Assembly (NCBI GenBank): GCA_021129815.1
Contig: JAJOKN010000115.1
Location: 1-31,240, forward strand
Direction: 5' to 3'
Length of the DNA stretch: 31,240 nucleotides
Source: Desulfotomaculum sp.
Lineage (GTDB): Bacteria; Bacillota; Desulfotomaculia; Desulfotomaculales; Desulfohalotomaculaceae
Every line of letters begins with the position of its first letter. Within the stretch, counting starts at the first letter, position 1. Below the pieces are notes generated by a model that did no database searches, had not been told where the DNA came from, and saw only the letters and a list, made by a program, of their open reading frames with translations. This document shows, piece by piece, positions 18,678 through 26,898 of the stretch. The translations under genes were made by a program, and so were the position numbers.

Positions 18678-20598
18678 AGTTACGTTAACTATTGATGGAA
18701 AAGAAGTTTGTGTACCAGAAGGAACAAATGTGCTTGAAGCAGCGCGCACAGCAGGCATAGAGATACCGACTTTGTGTTACTTGAAGGATTTTTTAGGCTT
18801 TGGTGCGTGTAGGATTTGCTTGGTTGAAATAGAAGGGTTTCGTGCACCTGTTACTGCCTGTACCACTATAGCTAAAGATGGCATGAAGGTTACAACTAAT
18901 TCCCCTAGACTACAACAGGAGCGCAAGTTTGTGTTGGATTTGATATTTTCAATGCACCCTCCAGAATGCGGCAGGTGTCCAAAGCTCGGAGTGTGTGACT
19001 TGAGAAAGATAGCTAGTAAGAACAAAGTAGCCAAGTCGAGTTTTGGATATACTGAAATCGGTCATACAGTAGATGATCCTAATCCATTTATATATCGAGA
19101 TACCAGATACTGCATATTGTGTGGAAAATGCGTGAGGATATGTCAAGGACAGGGAACTAGCGTGCTTGCATTTTTAGGCCGTGGAGTTAAAATGACGGTT
19201 AGCACTCCTAACAATGCACTTCTTAAAGATAGCGGGTGTACATTTTGTGGCAGCTGTGTGGAAGTGTGTCCGGTAAATGCGCTTTCTGAAAAACCTAAGA
19301 TAGGCAAAGGACGTGAAAGCAAGTATAAAAGATTTGAGTGTGTGTGCTTAGAGTGCGGAAATGCTTGCGACACAATAGTTTCAGTTTATCAAAATGAAGT
19401 TGTAAAAGTAAATGCTAAAGTCAAAGACGATGTACACGGCTATTTGTGCGCGGTGGGACGCTTTGGCTTTACTTTAGATAGAGGAAAGCGCATAACTGCT
19501 CCAATGAAGCGCAAAGGCTTGGATTTTGAAGAAATAACATGGGACGAGGCTATAAGCACTATTGCTGAAAGAATAAAGGGCAGCAGCATGTTGTTATCTG
19601 CAAAGTTGTTAAATGAGGATATAATGACTGCAAAGGCTTTTGCAAAAGCTTTACAATTAGAGGATATTGCCTCAACGGTGGAGCTGTATTCAAGCTATAA
19701 TGCGATGAAGAGCAAGGCAGAAATCGATGATACTGATTTGATAATTGTGGTGGGCTTGAGTTTATCACAAAAGAAACGCTTATTCCCTGCGTTAGACTTT
19801 GATATAAGAAGAAAAGTGAGGTTGGGCTCAAAATTAATAGTGGTAAGTGGCGAAGATTTGGAGGTCAGTGCTGTAGCTGAATTTAAACTTATAGGAGATG
19901 TACGCAAACTTATAAATGAGCTTTTAGGCAAAGAAAGCAGCGAAGACAATAGCATTGCAGGTGCAAAAAAATTATATGAAAGTGCAAAGTCTCCTGTCAT
20001 AATATGCGAACCTTCGTATTATGATGAAATCGTTTGTGCAGCAGGCGAAAGTACAAAGTTAGTTGCAGTGCCATATGAATCAAATGCAAAAGGCGTTGCT
20101 GCTGTTATGAGCGATGTATTAGAAGATGGAAAGATAAAAGCAGTTGTTGAAAGCAGCAAAATGCTTTACGTAGTTGGTGAAGTATGGCCAAATATTGAGT
20201 TTAAATCAGATTTTATTGTGATGCAAAAGCCATACCTTGATGCACAAGCAGATAAAGCTGACTTGCTGCTCCCTGCACCTACAAGCTGGGAGATGGAAGG
20301 CAGCATAATTAATTTATTTGGAAGCTTGACAAAGCTGCAAAAGGCATTGGCTATGCCTGAAGGCGTAAAAACTTACAGTGAAGTGCTTCAAGAGATAGCA
20401 AAAGCTGTAAGTGTGGATATGGATCTTTCAAAGGATATAGAGGCAGCTATTGAAATAAAGGGTAAATATGAAAAGACTGACTTTAAAGGAATACTGCCGC
20501 TGTCAGAGCGAAAACTTCATATGGATGCGTTGAATGAACTGATAGATGATACAGTGGAAAAATTCAATGTTTTAGAAACTAAAAGCGAGGTGAGCTAA
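18667..20598 (+). CDS. HydA-N/NuoG/FdhF-like Fe-S subunit with a degenerate molybdopterin-oxidoreductase domain
   Basis: [2Fe-2S] PTLC...GACRIC...TAC; HxxxCxxCx5C; 2x[4Fe-4S]; CLECGNAC...LCAVGRFG; WDEA block; no H-cluster motifs. Confidence 0.88.
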   Translation: MEHKVTLTIDGKEVCVPEGTNVLEAARTAGIEIPTLCYLKDFLGFGACRICLVEIEGFRAPVTACTTIAKDGMKVTTNSPRLQQERKFVLDLIFSMHPPECGRCPKLGVCDLRKIASKNKVAKSSFGYTEIGHTVDDPNPFIYRDTRYCILCGKCVRICQGQGTSVLAFLGRGVKMTVSTPNNALLKDSGCTFCGSCVEVCPVNALSEKPKIGKGRESKYKRFECVCLECGNACDTIVSVYQNEVVKVNAKVKDDVHGYLCAVGRFGFTLDRGKRITAPMKRKGLDFEEITWDEAISTIAERIKGSSMLLSAKLLNEDIMTAKAFAKALQLEDIASTVELYSSYNAMKSKAEIDDTDLIIVVGLSLSQKKRLFPALDFDIRRKVRLGSKLIVVSGEDLEVSAVAEFKLIGDVRKLINELLGKESSEDNSIAGAKKLYESAKSPVIICEPSYYDEIVCAAGESTKLVAVPYESNAKGVAAVMSDVLEDGKIKAVVESSKMLYVVGEVWPNIEFKSDFIVMQKPYLDAQADKADLLLPAPTSWEMEGSIINLFGSLTKLQKALAMPEGVKTYSEVLQEIAKAVSVDMDLSKDIEAAIEIKGKYEKTDFKGILPLSERKLHMDALNELIDDTVEKFNVLETKSEVS

Positions 20599-20601
20599 AA
20601 A

Positions 20602-21072
20602 GTGGCAGATAAACTTACAGGAATTGATGAAGGAGTGCTCACAGAAGAACAGAAAAAAAGAGCGATGATCATACATTCACTCTTTGAAATACAAAAGGAG
20701 CACAACTATTTGCCTGAAGAAGAGCTGAAAAAACTGTCAGAAAAACTCAACATTCCTCTTGCTGACATATACAGCACAGCATCCTTTTATAAACAGTTCT
20801 ACTTACAGCCTCGTGGCAAAAATGTGGTATGCGTGTGTGTAGGGACTGCATGTCACGTAAATGGTGCGCCAGAAGTGTTGGAAGTGCTTGAAAATACATT
20901 TGGCATAAAAGCAGGTGAAACCGATAAAGACTTAAACGTCACTTTGGAAACTGTGGGCTGTGTGGGCTGCTGCGGCCTTGCGCCAGTTGTCACTTTAAAT
21001 GAAGAAGAAATCATAGGAGAAGTCACTAAGGAAAAAGCTCAAGAGCTAGCAGATAGAGTTTGGAATAAATAG
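20602..21072 (+). CDS. HydC/NuoE (BfuC)-like [2Fe-2S] subunit
   Basis: IQKEHNYLP, ASFYKQF, CVGTACH...GCVGCCGLAP; 156 aa. Confidence 0.92.
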   Translation: MADKLTGIDEGVLTEEQKKRAMIIHSLFEIQKEHNYLPEEELKKLSEKLNIPLADIYSTASFYKQFYLQPRGKNVVCVCVGTACHVNGAPEVLEVLENTFGIKAGETDKDLNVTLETVGCVGCCGLAPVVTLNEEEIIGEVTKEKAQELADRVWNK

Positions 21073-21587
21073 CTGGAAAACCAAAAGTTGTGCCTAATAC
21101 TGTTTTGGCTCGAGGTCATAGCAAGATTCTTAGCAAGGTTGATGCAATACCAGTTGTGTTAGATATAAAAAATGCCAAAGAGGATATAGATGTTGAGTTA
21201 CCTGTTTCAATAGGACATGAAAAAGTTGATCTGATACCTGATAGAGTGAGAGTTGTTTTATCTATAGACATAGGAGTGCCGTATAAGACTTTTGCAGTAG
21301 AGCCAAATGTCGCAGAGGAGCTTTTGGGTTATGAGCTGGAGATAAAAGTTGAGCCACCTGTTGTAAATGTGTATGCTCCGGAAAATGTGCTAAATGAACT
21401 GGAAAAGATATATACAGATTTAGACGATTTAATTAAAAATGTTGAAAATAAAGAGATTATAAAAACAGTGAGATTAAAAACACCATCAGGGACTTTGTTG
21501 TTAGAACCAGAAGAGGTGAGTGTTAGCATTAAGATTAAAAAATTAGAAAAGCTATCAGAAGTAGAAAATAAGGGGGAGGCGTTTTAA
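21069..21587 (+). pseudogene. cdaR: 5'-truncated YbbR/CdaR-domain gene (C-terminal repeats only)
   Basis: Two YbbR-like repeats (PKVVPNTVLARG...PDRVRV; EPPVVNVYAP...EPEEVSV); no membrane anchor; no SD before GTG 21090; frame bounded by TAA at 21066; directly upstream of glmM. Confidence 0.65.
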
Positions 21588-22928
21588 ATCGATAGGCTTT
21601 TTGGTACGGATGGTGTAAGAGGTGTAGCTAACAGAGACTTAACGGCGGAATTGGCTGTAAAGCTTGGAAGAGCAACAGCGATTTTTTTGGCTTCACAGAG
21701 TAAAAAGAAACACATAGTAATAGGACGGGATACCAGAATTTCAGGAGATATGTTGCAAGCAGCGGTATCTGCTGGGATTTGCTCTGCAGGTGTGGATGTA
21801 TATTTAGCGGGAGTTGTGCCTACTTCAGCTGTTGCTTTCTTGACTAAAAGTTTGGAAGCTGCTGGAGGAGTGGTTATATCTGCATCGCATAATCCTGTGG
21901 AGGATAACGGCATAAAGTTTTTTGATAACAGAGGATATAAACTGTCAGAGGCACAAGAACAGCGGATAGAAGCAATGTTAAGAGATGATTTTGTAGATTT
22001 ACCCATAGGAGATAAAGTGGGCAAAATCTACAAAATAGATAGCGCTGTCGATAAGTACGTTGATTACATTTGCAGTACAGTTGATGTGAGCTTAGATGGC
22101 TTAAAGGTTGTCGTTGACTGTGCAAATGGCGCTGCGCACAGCGCATCTCCTAAAGCGCTTGAGAAGCTTGGGGCGGAAGTTATGCCTATATTCAATGAAC
22201 CTGACGGTACGAATATAAACGTAAGATGCGGTTCAACGAATATCACGGCGCTGTGCAAAAAAGTAGTTGAACATTCAGCAGATATAGGCATTGCTCATGA
22301 TGGAGATGCTGACAGAGTACTTGCAGTTGATTCAAAGGGAAAGGTAGTCGATGGAGATAAAATAATGGCGATATGCGCAAAACATTTAAAGGACAAAGGA
22401 AAGCTGCCTTTAAATACTGTTGTGGCTACAGTGATGAGCAATCTTGGCTTTCATGAAGCGATGAAAAATTGTGAAATAAAAACTTTGACTACAAAGGTGG
22501 GGGATAGATACGTATTAGAAGAGATGATTAAGAGCGGTGCTAAGCTTGGTGGAGAACAGTCTGGGCACATTATATTTTTAGAACACAACACCACAGGAGA
22601 TGGGATATTGACTGCGGTGCAGCTTTTGTCGATTTTAAAAGAAACAGGGAGGACGATAGAAGAGCTTGCAGGTGAAATACCTGAATACCCACAAGTATTA
22701 AAAAATGTGCGTGTAAGCGATAAAAATAAAATTATGAACAGCGAAGAGTTAAAACTTGCAGTTGCCGAAATAAAGAGTTTTTTAAAAGGTGAAGGAAGGG
22801 TGCTGGTAAGGGCATCGGGAACAGAGCCGCTCATAAGAGTTATGGTAGAAGCAAAAGGTGCCGATAAATTAAAGTTTGCGATTGATGAGCTGGTAAGTGT
22901 AGTGGAAAGGATTGATAGAGAAAAATAA
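21588..22928 (+). CDS. glmM: Phosphoglucosamine mutase (446 aa if initiated at ATC 21588)
   Basis: In-frame RLFGTDGVRGVAN lies upstream of the track start; VISASHNP phosphoserine motif, DGDADR, GGEQSGH, VRASGTEP. Product certain, start unusual. Confidence 0.93.
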   Translation: MDRLFGTDGVRGVANRDLTAELAVKLGRATAIFLASQSKKKHIVIGRDTRISGDMLQAAVSAGICSAGVDVYLAGVVPTSAVAFLTKSLEAAGGVVISASHNPVEDNGIKFFDNRGYKLSEAQEQRIEAMLRDDFVDLPIGDKVGKIYKIDSAVDKYVDYICSTVDVSLDGLKVVVDCANGAAHSASPKALEKLGAEVMPIFNEPDGTNINVRCGSTNITALCKKVVEHSADIGIAHDGDADRVLAVDSKGKVVDGDKIMAICAKHLKDKGKLPLNTVVATVMSNLGFHEAMKNCEIKTLTTKVGDRYVLEEMIKSGAKLGGEQSGHIIFLEHNTTGDGILTAVQLLSILKETGRTIEELAGEIPEYPQVLKNVRVSDKNKIMNSEELKLAVAEIKSFLKGEGRVLVRASGTEPLIRVMVEAKGADKLKFAIDELVSVVERIDREK

Positions 22929-23242
22929 AAACCAATATTCTCTTTAGTTCTTAAAAAAAGTCTTTCATTTTTGTAATGGTTGTTGCTTTTGGGAATATAA
23001 TAAAACGTTCAAAACTTTTTTCAATAGATTTTTTAAAGCTTTGAACGAGCAATTTTCATTAAACGTTGGTTGAGATATTGTTGAAATGTGTATTTGTTTA
23101 ATCAAGACTTGTAAATGCTCGAAAGTAAAATATTGCTGTATAAGCGAGCACAAGCTACAATAATCCAACGCTGACAAGCGATAAACCAACTAAATTTTAA
23201 TTATTCATGTTGTTAATGTGGGGTTCATAAACTAGTATCTTC

Positions 23243-23466
23243 TCAAACCATGGGTATTACAGAAACCGCATCGATTTTCTTTAGAATAGCTGCTAAATAA
23301 TTTGCTAAACCTTCTTTGACGGGGATGATTATTCTTTTGGGCGATAGCATTAGTGGCAAGTTACAAGCTCTTGTAGATTTAAGAGGAGTTAAACTTAAAA
23401 TCACTACTGCAAATGATGCTAATACAAGAATTGCTAGCACTTTCTTAACTGACCTGTGGGCAACAT
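23243..23466 (-). pseudogene. Frameshifted remnant of a secreted or membrane protein gene
   Basis: AAGGAAGGTG SD 8 nt before ATG 23466; that frame stops after 10 codons, while the neighbouring frame encodes a signal-peptide-like KKVLAILVLASFAVVILSLTPLKSTRA. Confidence 0.4.
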
Positions 23467-23498
23467 CTTATTTGCACCTTCCTTTTATTAAACTATTA

Positions 23499-23527
23499 AT
23501 TAAATTAAGTTGATACTTAATTGTCAA
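23499..23527 (-). promoter_or_regulatory. SigA-type promoter with an overlapping palindromic operator
   Basis: Minus-strand TTGACA (23527-23522), 17 nt, TTTAAT (23504-23499); inverted repeat AATTAAGT-TGAT-ACTTAATT at 23503-23522. Confidence 0.6.
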
Positions 23528-23656
23528 ATACATTGTAAAAAAAACAGCTGTCAACTGATTTTGTGTTAAATTTTTGTCAAATTTTGGTTAAAATCTTGTC
23601 GGGTCGTGTGAGTACATTAAGGAGCTTTTTATTGATTAAAATTATCAATGTTGGAA

Positions 23657-23685
23657 TTGAAATATAGCAACAAACAAAGTATAAT
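23657..23685 (+). promoter_or_regulatory. SigA-type promoter of the rpn gene
   Basis: TTGAAA (23657-23662), 17 nt, TATAAT (23680-23685). Confidence 0.65.
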
Positions 23686-23717
23686 TGAGCAAAAATCAAA
23701 AAGAAGGTGCAGGGGCA

Positions 23718-24578
23718 ATCAAAAAACACATTGATCCTAAAAATGACTTTGCATTTTATTGGCTGTTTGGGAGAGCCAAAACAAAACACCTGCTTTTGGA
23801 TTTTATAAATTCAGTGCTCAATACAAATACTGATGACTTAAAACTAAAAAATCCAAACATAATAAGAGATATGCAAAAGGGCAAAGATGTAAAGCTGGAC
23901 ATAAGGTGTGTCTTATCAACAGGTGAACACGTAAATATAGAAATGCAGATGTTGAAATATCTTTATATGCCAAAGCGAAGCGCATACTACGGATCAAAGA
24001 TGCTTATAGATCAGCTAAAAGAAGGACAAAAATATGATAAACTACAGAAAGTTATAACAATAAATATATTGAACCACATATACTTTAAACAAACTTCAAA
24101 ATATCATAACAAATTTTATCTTACAGAAGAAGACACGGATATAAAGCTTGAAGACATAATAGAGATGCACTTTATAGAACTGCCTAAAATAAAGAAGACA
24201 TTTCCGAGCAAAAATGATAAATTAATGACATGGCTGTTGTTTTTTAAACACTATGACGATGAAAAAATAATGGAGGTGTTAAGAGTGGCAAATCCGAAAA
24301 TAAAAGAAGCTGAGGAAGAATTTGGAGAACTGACAGCAGATGAAGCAGCGAAGAGGATCTATGAAATGAGAGAAAAGGCTATAAGAGATAAAATATCATT
24401 TATTGATGCTGCAAGGGAAGAGGGATTACAAGAGGGATTACAAGAAGGATTGCAAAAAGGAGAACATAAAAAGGCAGTAGAGATAGCAAAAAATATGCTA
24501 AAGTTAAGAGCAAATATTAAATTTATAGTGCAAGCAACAGGTTTACCTGAGGATGAGATAAAGAAGCTTATGAAGTGA
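23718..24578 (+). CDS. Rpn family PD-(D/E)XK recombination-promoting nuclease/putative transposase (start uncertain; track start 23685)
   Basis: DPKNDFAF..LFG N-terminus, LDI...VNIEMQ catalytic motif, HFIELPK, W..F, EGLQEG repeats, IAKNMLK...IVQATGL C-terminus. Confidence 0.9.
   Translation: MKKHIDPKNDFAFYWLFGRAKTKHLLLDFINSVLNTNTDDLKLKNPNIIRDMQKGKDVKLDIRCVLSTGEHVNIEMQMLKYLYMPKRSAYYGSKMLIDQLKEGQKYDKLQKVITINILNHIYFKQTSKYHNKFYLTEEDTDIKLEDIIEMHFIELPKIKKTFPSKNDKLMTWLLFFKHYDDEKIMEVLRVANPKIKEAEEEFGELTADEAAKRIYEMREKAIRDKISFIDAAREEGLQEGLQEGLQKGEHKKAVEIAKNMLKLRANIKFIVQATGLPEDEIKKLMK
24420..24455 (+). repeat. 12-bp in-frame tandem repeat in rpn (3 copies, encoding EGLQ x3)
   Basis: GAGGGATTACAA GAGGGATTACAA GAAGGATTGCAA. 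Confidence 0.85.
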
Positions 24579-24735
24579 AAAACAGCAAACAAATAATCGT
24601 GTTGGGTTATTTACTTGGATTTAGCAATAACCAAGATTTTGATAGTCCATGTTAAAGCTATATTCGTAAGGAGGTGATGTCTTTTTATAGGCGAAAAGAT
24701 TTTAAACTTTGATTAACTAAATAATCATTTGAACT

Positions 24736-24888
24736 TCTTAAAGCGCCTGGACCTAGTTTTTTATAGAAAAACTAGGTTGACGAGGAGGAGGTTTATCGAA
24801 CGATCGGCGGATGCCTCCCGGTTGCTCACGACCGTTAACGATACCACAAAAACACAGGCAACTGTGCTACAAAAGGTATCAGGTGAGA
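24736..24888 (+). ncRNA. glmS ribozyme (GlcN6P-activated); predicted cleavage A24742/G24743
   Basis: AGCGCC, P1 ACCTAGTTTT/AAAACTAGGT, GACGAGG, TTTATCGA...TCGGCGGATGCC, P4 GATACC/GGTATC, P3.1 CTCAC/GTGAG; upstream of glmS. Confidence 0.95.
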
Positions 24889-25074
24889 TGAGTTGGTATT
24901 TGTGTTTTTAAGGAAGTAATAAGGGGTTTGTTTTTAAAGCATTTCACAATTTAAGGAAATACTGTAAAAGAATTAATAAAAACTGGTGTTAGTTTGTAAA
25001 AAAGTTATTTTAGTTTCAGAATTGATTGAAAAAAATTTTAATAGGTAAAAGAAAGGAGAGTTTAACTTTAAAAA

Positions 25075-26898
25075 ATGTGCGGGATAATTGGATATACAGG
25101 TAGGAGAGCTGCCGTTCCTATATTATTGGAAGGCTTGAGCCGTTTGGAATATCGTGGCTATGATTCAGCGGGGATTGTAGTGTACGAAGGTGATGAGCTA
25201 AAGCTTGTAAAGAAAGCAGGCAGAATATCTGTTTTAAAAGAGCTGTTGGAACATATAGATACAAATGCTAGTTTAGGCATAGGGCATACCAGGTGGGCTA
25301 CTCATGGCGCACCTTCAGATGTAAATGCTCATCCCCACACCGATGACAGCGGTTGCTTTGCAGTTGTTCACAATGGCATCATTGAAAACTACATGGAAAT
25401 CAAAGAATGGCTTTTAAAGAAAGGGCACAAATTTGTATCGGATACAGATACTGAAGTGCTGCCTCACTTAATCAAATATTATTACGATGGAGATTTGCTT
25501 GCTGCTGTAAAACGCGCAAAAAAGCAAATCGAAGGATCATATGCGATGGTGGTGCTTTCAAAGCATGAACCCAAGAGACTGGTTGCTGCAAGGCAGGACA
25601 GTCCATTGATACTGGGTGTGGGCGAGGGAGAGTATTTTGTAGCTTCAGATATACCTGCAATTTTAAAATACACCAGAAGCGCTGTGATAATAGATGATGG
25701 AGAAACCGTTGATATAACAGATGTGTATTTTAAAGTCTATAATGGAGCAGAGCTGGCAGTAAAAAAGCAGCTTTTTAATATCACATGGGAAGACAGCCGT
25801 GCAGAAAAAGCAGGTTACGATCACTTTATGTTGAAGGAGATTCATGAACAACCAAATGCTATCAAGGACACTGTTAGAGGACGCATAACCGATAATAGAG
25901 TTGTGCTAAAGGAACTTGAAGGTTTAGAAGATTTTATTAAAGGCTTACGCAGGATACACATAGTAGCATGCGGCACTGCTTATCATGCAGGTATGGTGGG
26001 CAAATACGCTATAGAATTGCTGGCAAGAATTCCTGTTGAGGTAGATATTGCATCTGAGTTCAGGTACAGAAATCCTATTGTAAGCAAAGGAGATCTTGTC
26101 ATTGTAATAAGCCAGTCGGGGGAAACTGCAGACACCTTGGCAGCGCTTAGGGAATCAAAGCGACTTGGAGCCAAGGTGCTGGCGGTAACCAATGTGGTGG
26201 GAAGTTCAGTCAGCCGTGAGGCAGATTATGTGATATACACATGGGCTGGACCTGAAATAGCAGTGGCTTCTACAAAGGCATTTACCACACAACTTGCAGT
26301 TATGTATATGATAGCGGTTTGGCTGTCGCAAAAGCTGGATACAATTGCTGAAGAACACAGGGCTGAAATTTTAAGAGAATTGAAGAGCATGCCGGAAAAA
26401 GCAGCTAAAGCGCTCAGAGCTGCTGATGATATAAAGAAAATAGCTGAAGCTTATGTGGATAAGAATAGCGTATTTTTTATAGGGCGCGGACAGGATAACG
26501 TCATTGCATCAGAAGGAGCACTTAAGCTCAAAGAAATATCTTATATTCATGCAGAAGCGTATGCTGCAGGAGAGCTAAAGCACGGAACTCTAGCGCTTAT
26601 CGAAGAAGGCGTTCCTGTGGTTGCGCTGGTTGCACAAAGGGATTTGGCTCAAAAGATGTACAGCAACATAAAAGAAGTAAAAGCAAGAGGGGCAAAAGTG
26701 CTGGCTGTAGCGCTTGAAGGAGATGAAATTGTGGAAAAGGAAGCAGATGAAGTGATATACATTCCTGACACACATTCCGTGCTTTCTTCCATCCTAACAG
26801 TTATACCGCTTCAACTGCTTGCATACTACGTGAGCGTGCTGAAAGGATGCGATGTGGATAAGCCTAGAAACTTAGCTAAAAGCGTGACGGTGGAGTGA
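25075..26898 (+). CDS. glmS: Glutamine-fructose-6-phosphate transaminase
   Basis: MCGIIG N-terminus, LEYRGYDSAG, GHTRWATHG, SQSGETADT, ELKHG, DKPRNLAKSVTVE. Confidence 0.98.
   Translation: MCGIIGYTGRRAAVPILLEGLSRLEYRGYDSAGIVVYEGDELKLVKKAGRISVLKELLEHIDTNASLGIGHTRWATHGAPSDVNAHPHTDDSGCFAVVHNGIIENYMEIKEWLLKKGHKFVSDTDTEVLPHLIKYYYDGDLLAAVKRAKKQIEGSYAMVVLSKHEPKRLVAARQDSPLILGVGEGEYFVASDIPAILKYTRSAVIIDDGETVDITDVYFKVYNGAELAVKKQLFNITWEDSRAEKAGYDHFMLKEIHEQPNAIKDTVRGRITDNRVVLKELEGLEDFIKGLRRIHIVACGTAYHAGMVGKYAIELLARIPVEVDIASEFRYRNPIVSKGDLVIVISQSGETADTLAALRESKRLGAKVLAVTNVVGSSVSREADYVIYTWAGPEIAVASTKAFTTQLAVMYMIAVWLSQKLDTIAEEHRAEILRELKSMPEKAAKALRAADDIKKIAEAYVDKNSVFFIGRGQDNVIASEGALKLKEISYIHAEAYAAGELKHGTLALIEEGVPVVALVAQRDLAQKMYSNIKEVKARGAKVLAVALEGDEIVEKEADEVIYIPDTHSVLSSILTVIPLQLLAYYVSVLKGCDVDKPRNLAKSVTVE

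Noticed and set aside
16728-21072. Calling the cassette a [FeFe]-hydrogenase, formate dehydrogenase or complex I
   Set aside because: No H-cluster motifs, no Mo-ligand Cys/Sec, and no membrane or quinone-module subunits in the cluster.
24420-24455. Tandem repeat as a CRISPR array or IS end
   Set aside because: 12-bp units with no spacers, in frame within the Rpn C-terminus. No CRISPR array or terminal inverted repeats were found in the window.
25051-25077. Long (16-nt) spacing between GGAG and the glmS ATG
   Set aside because: The start is fixed by the required Met-Cys N-terminus; the spacer is unstructured and A/T-rich, so no special mechanism is needed.
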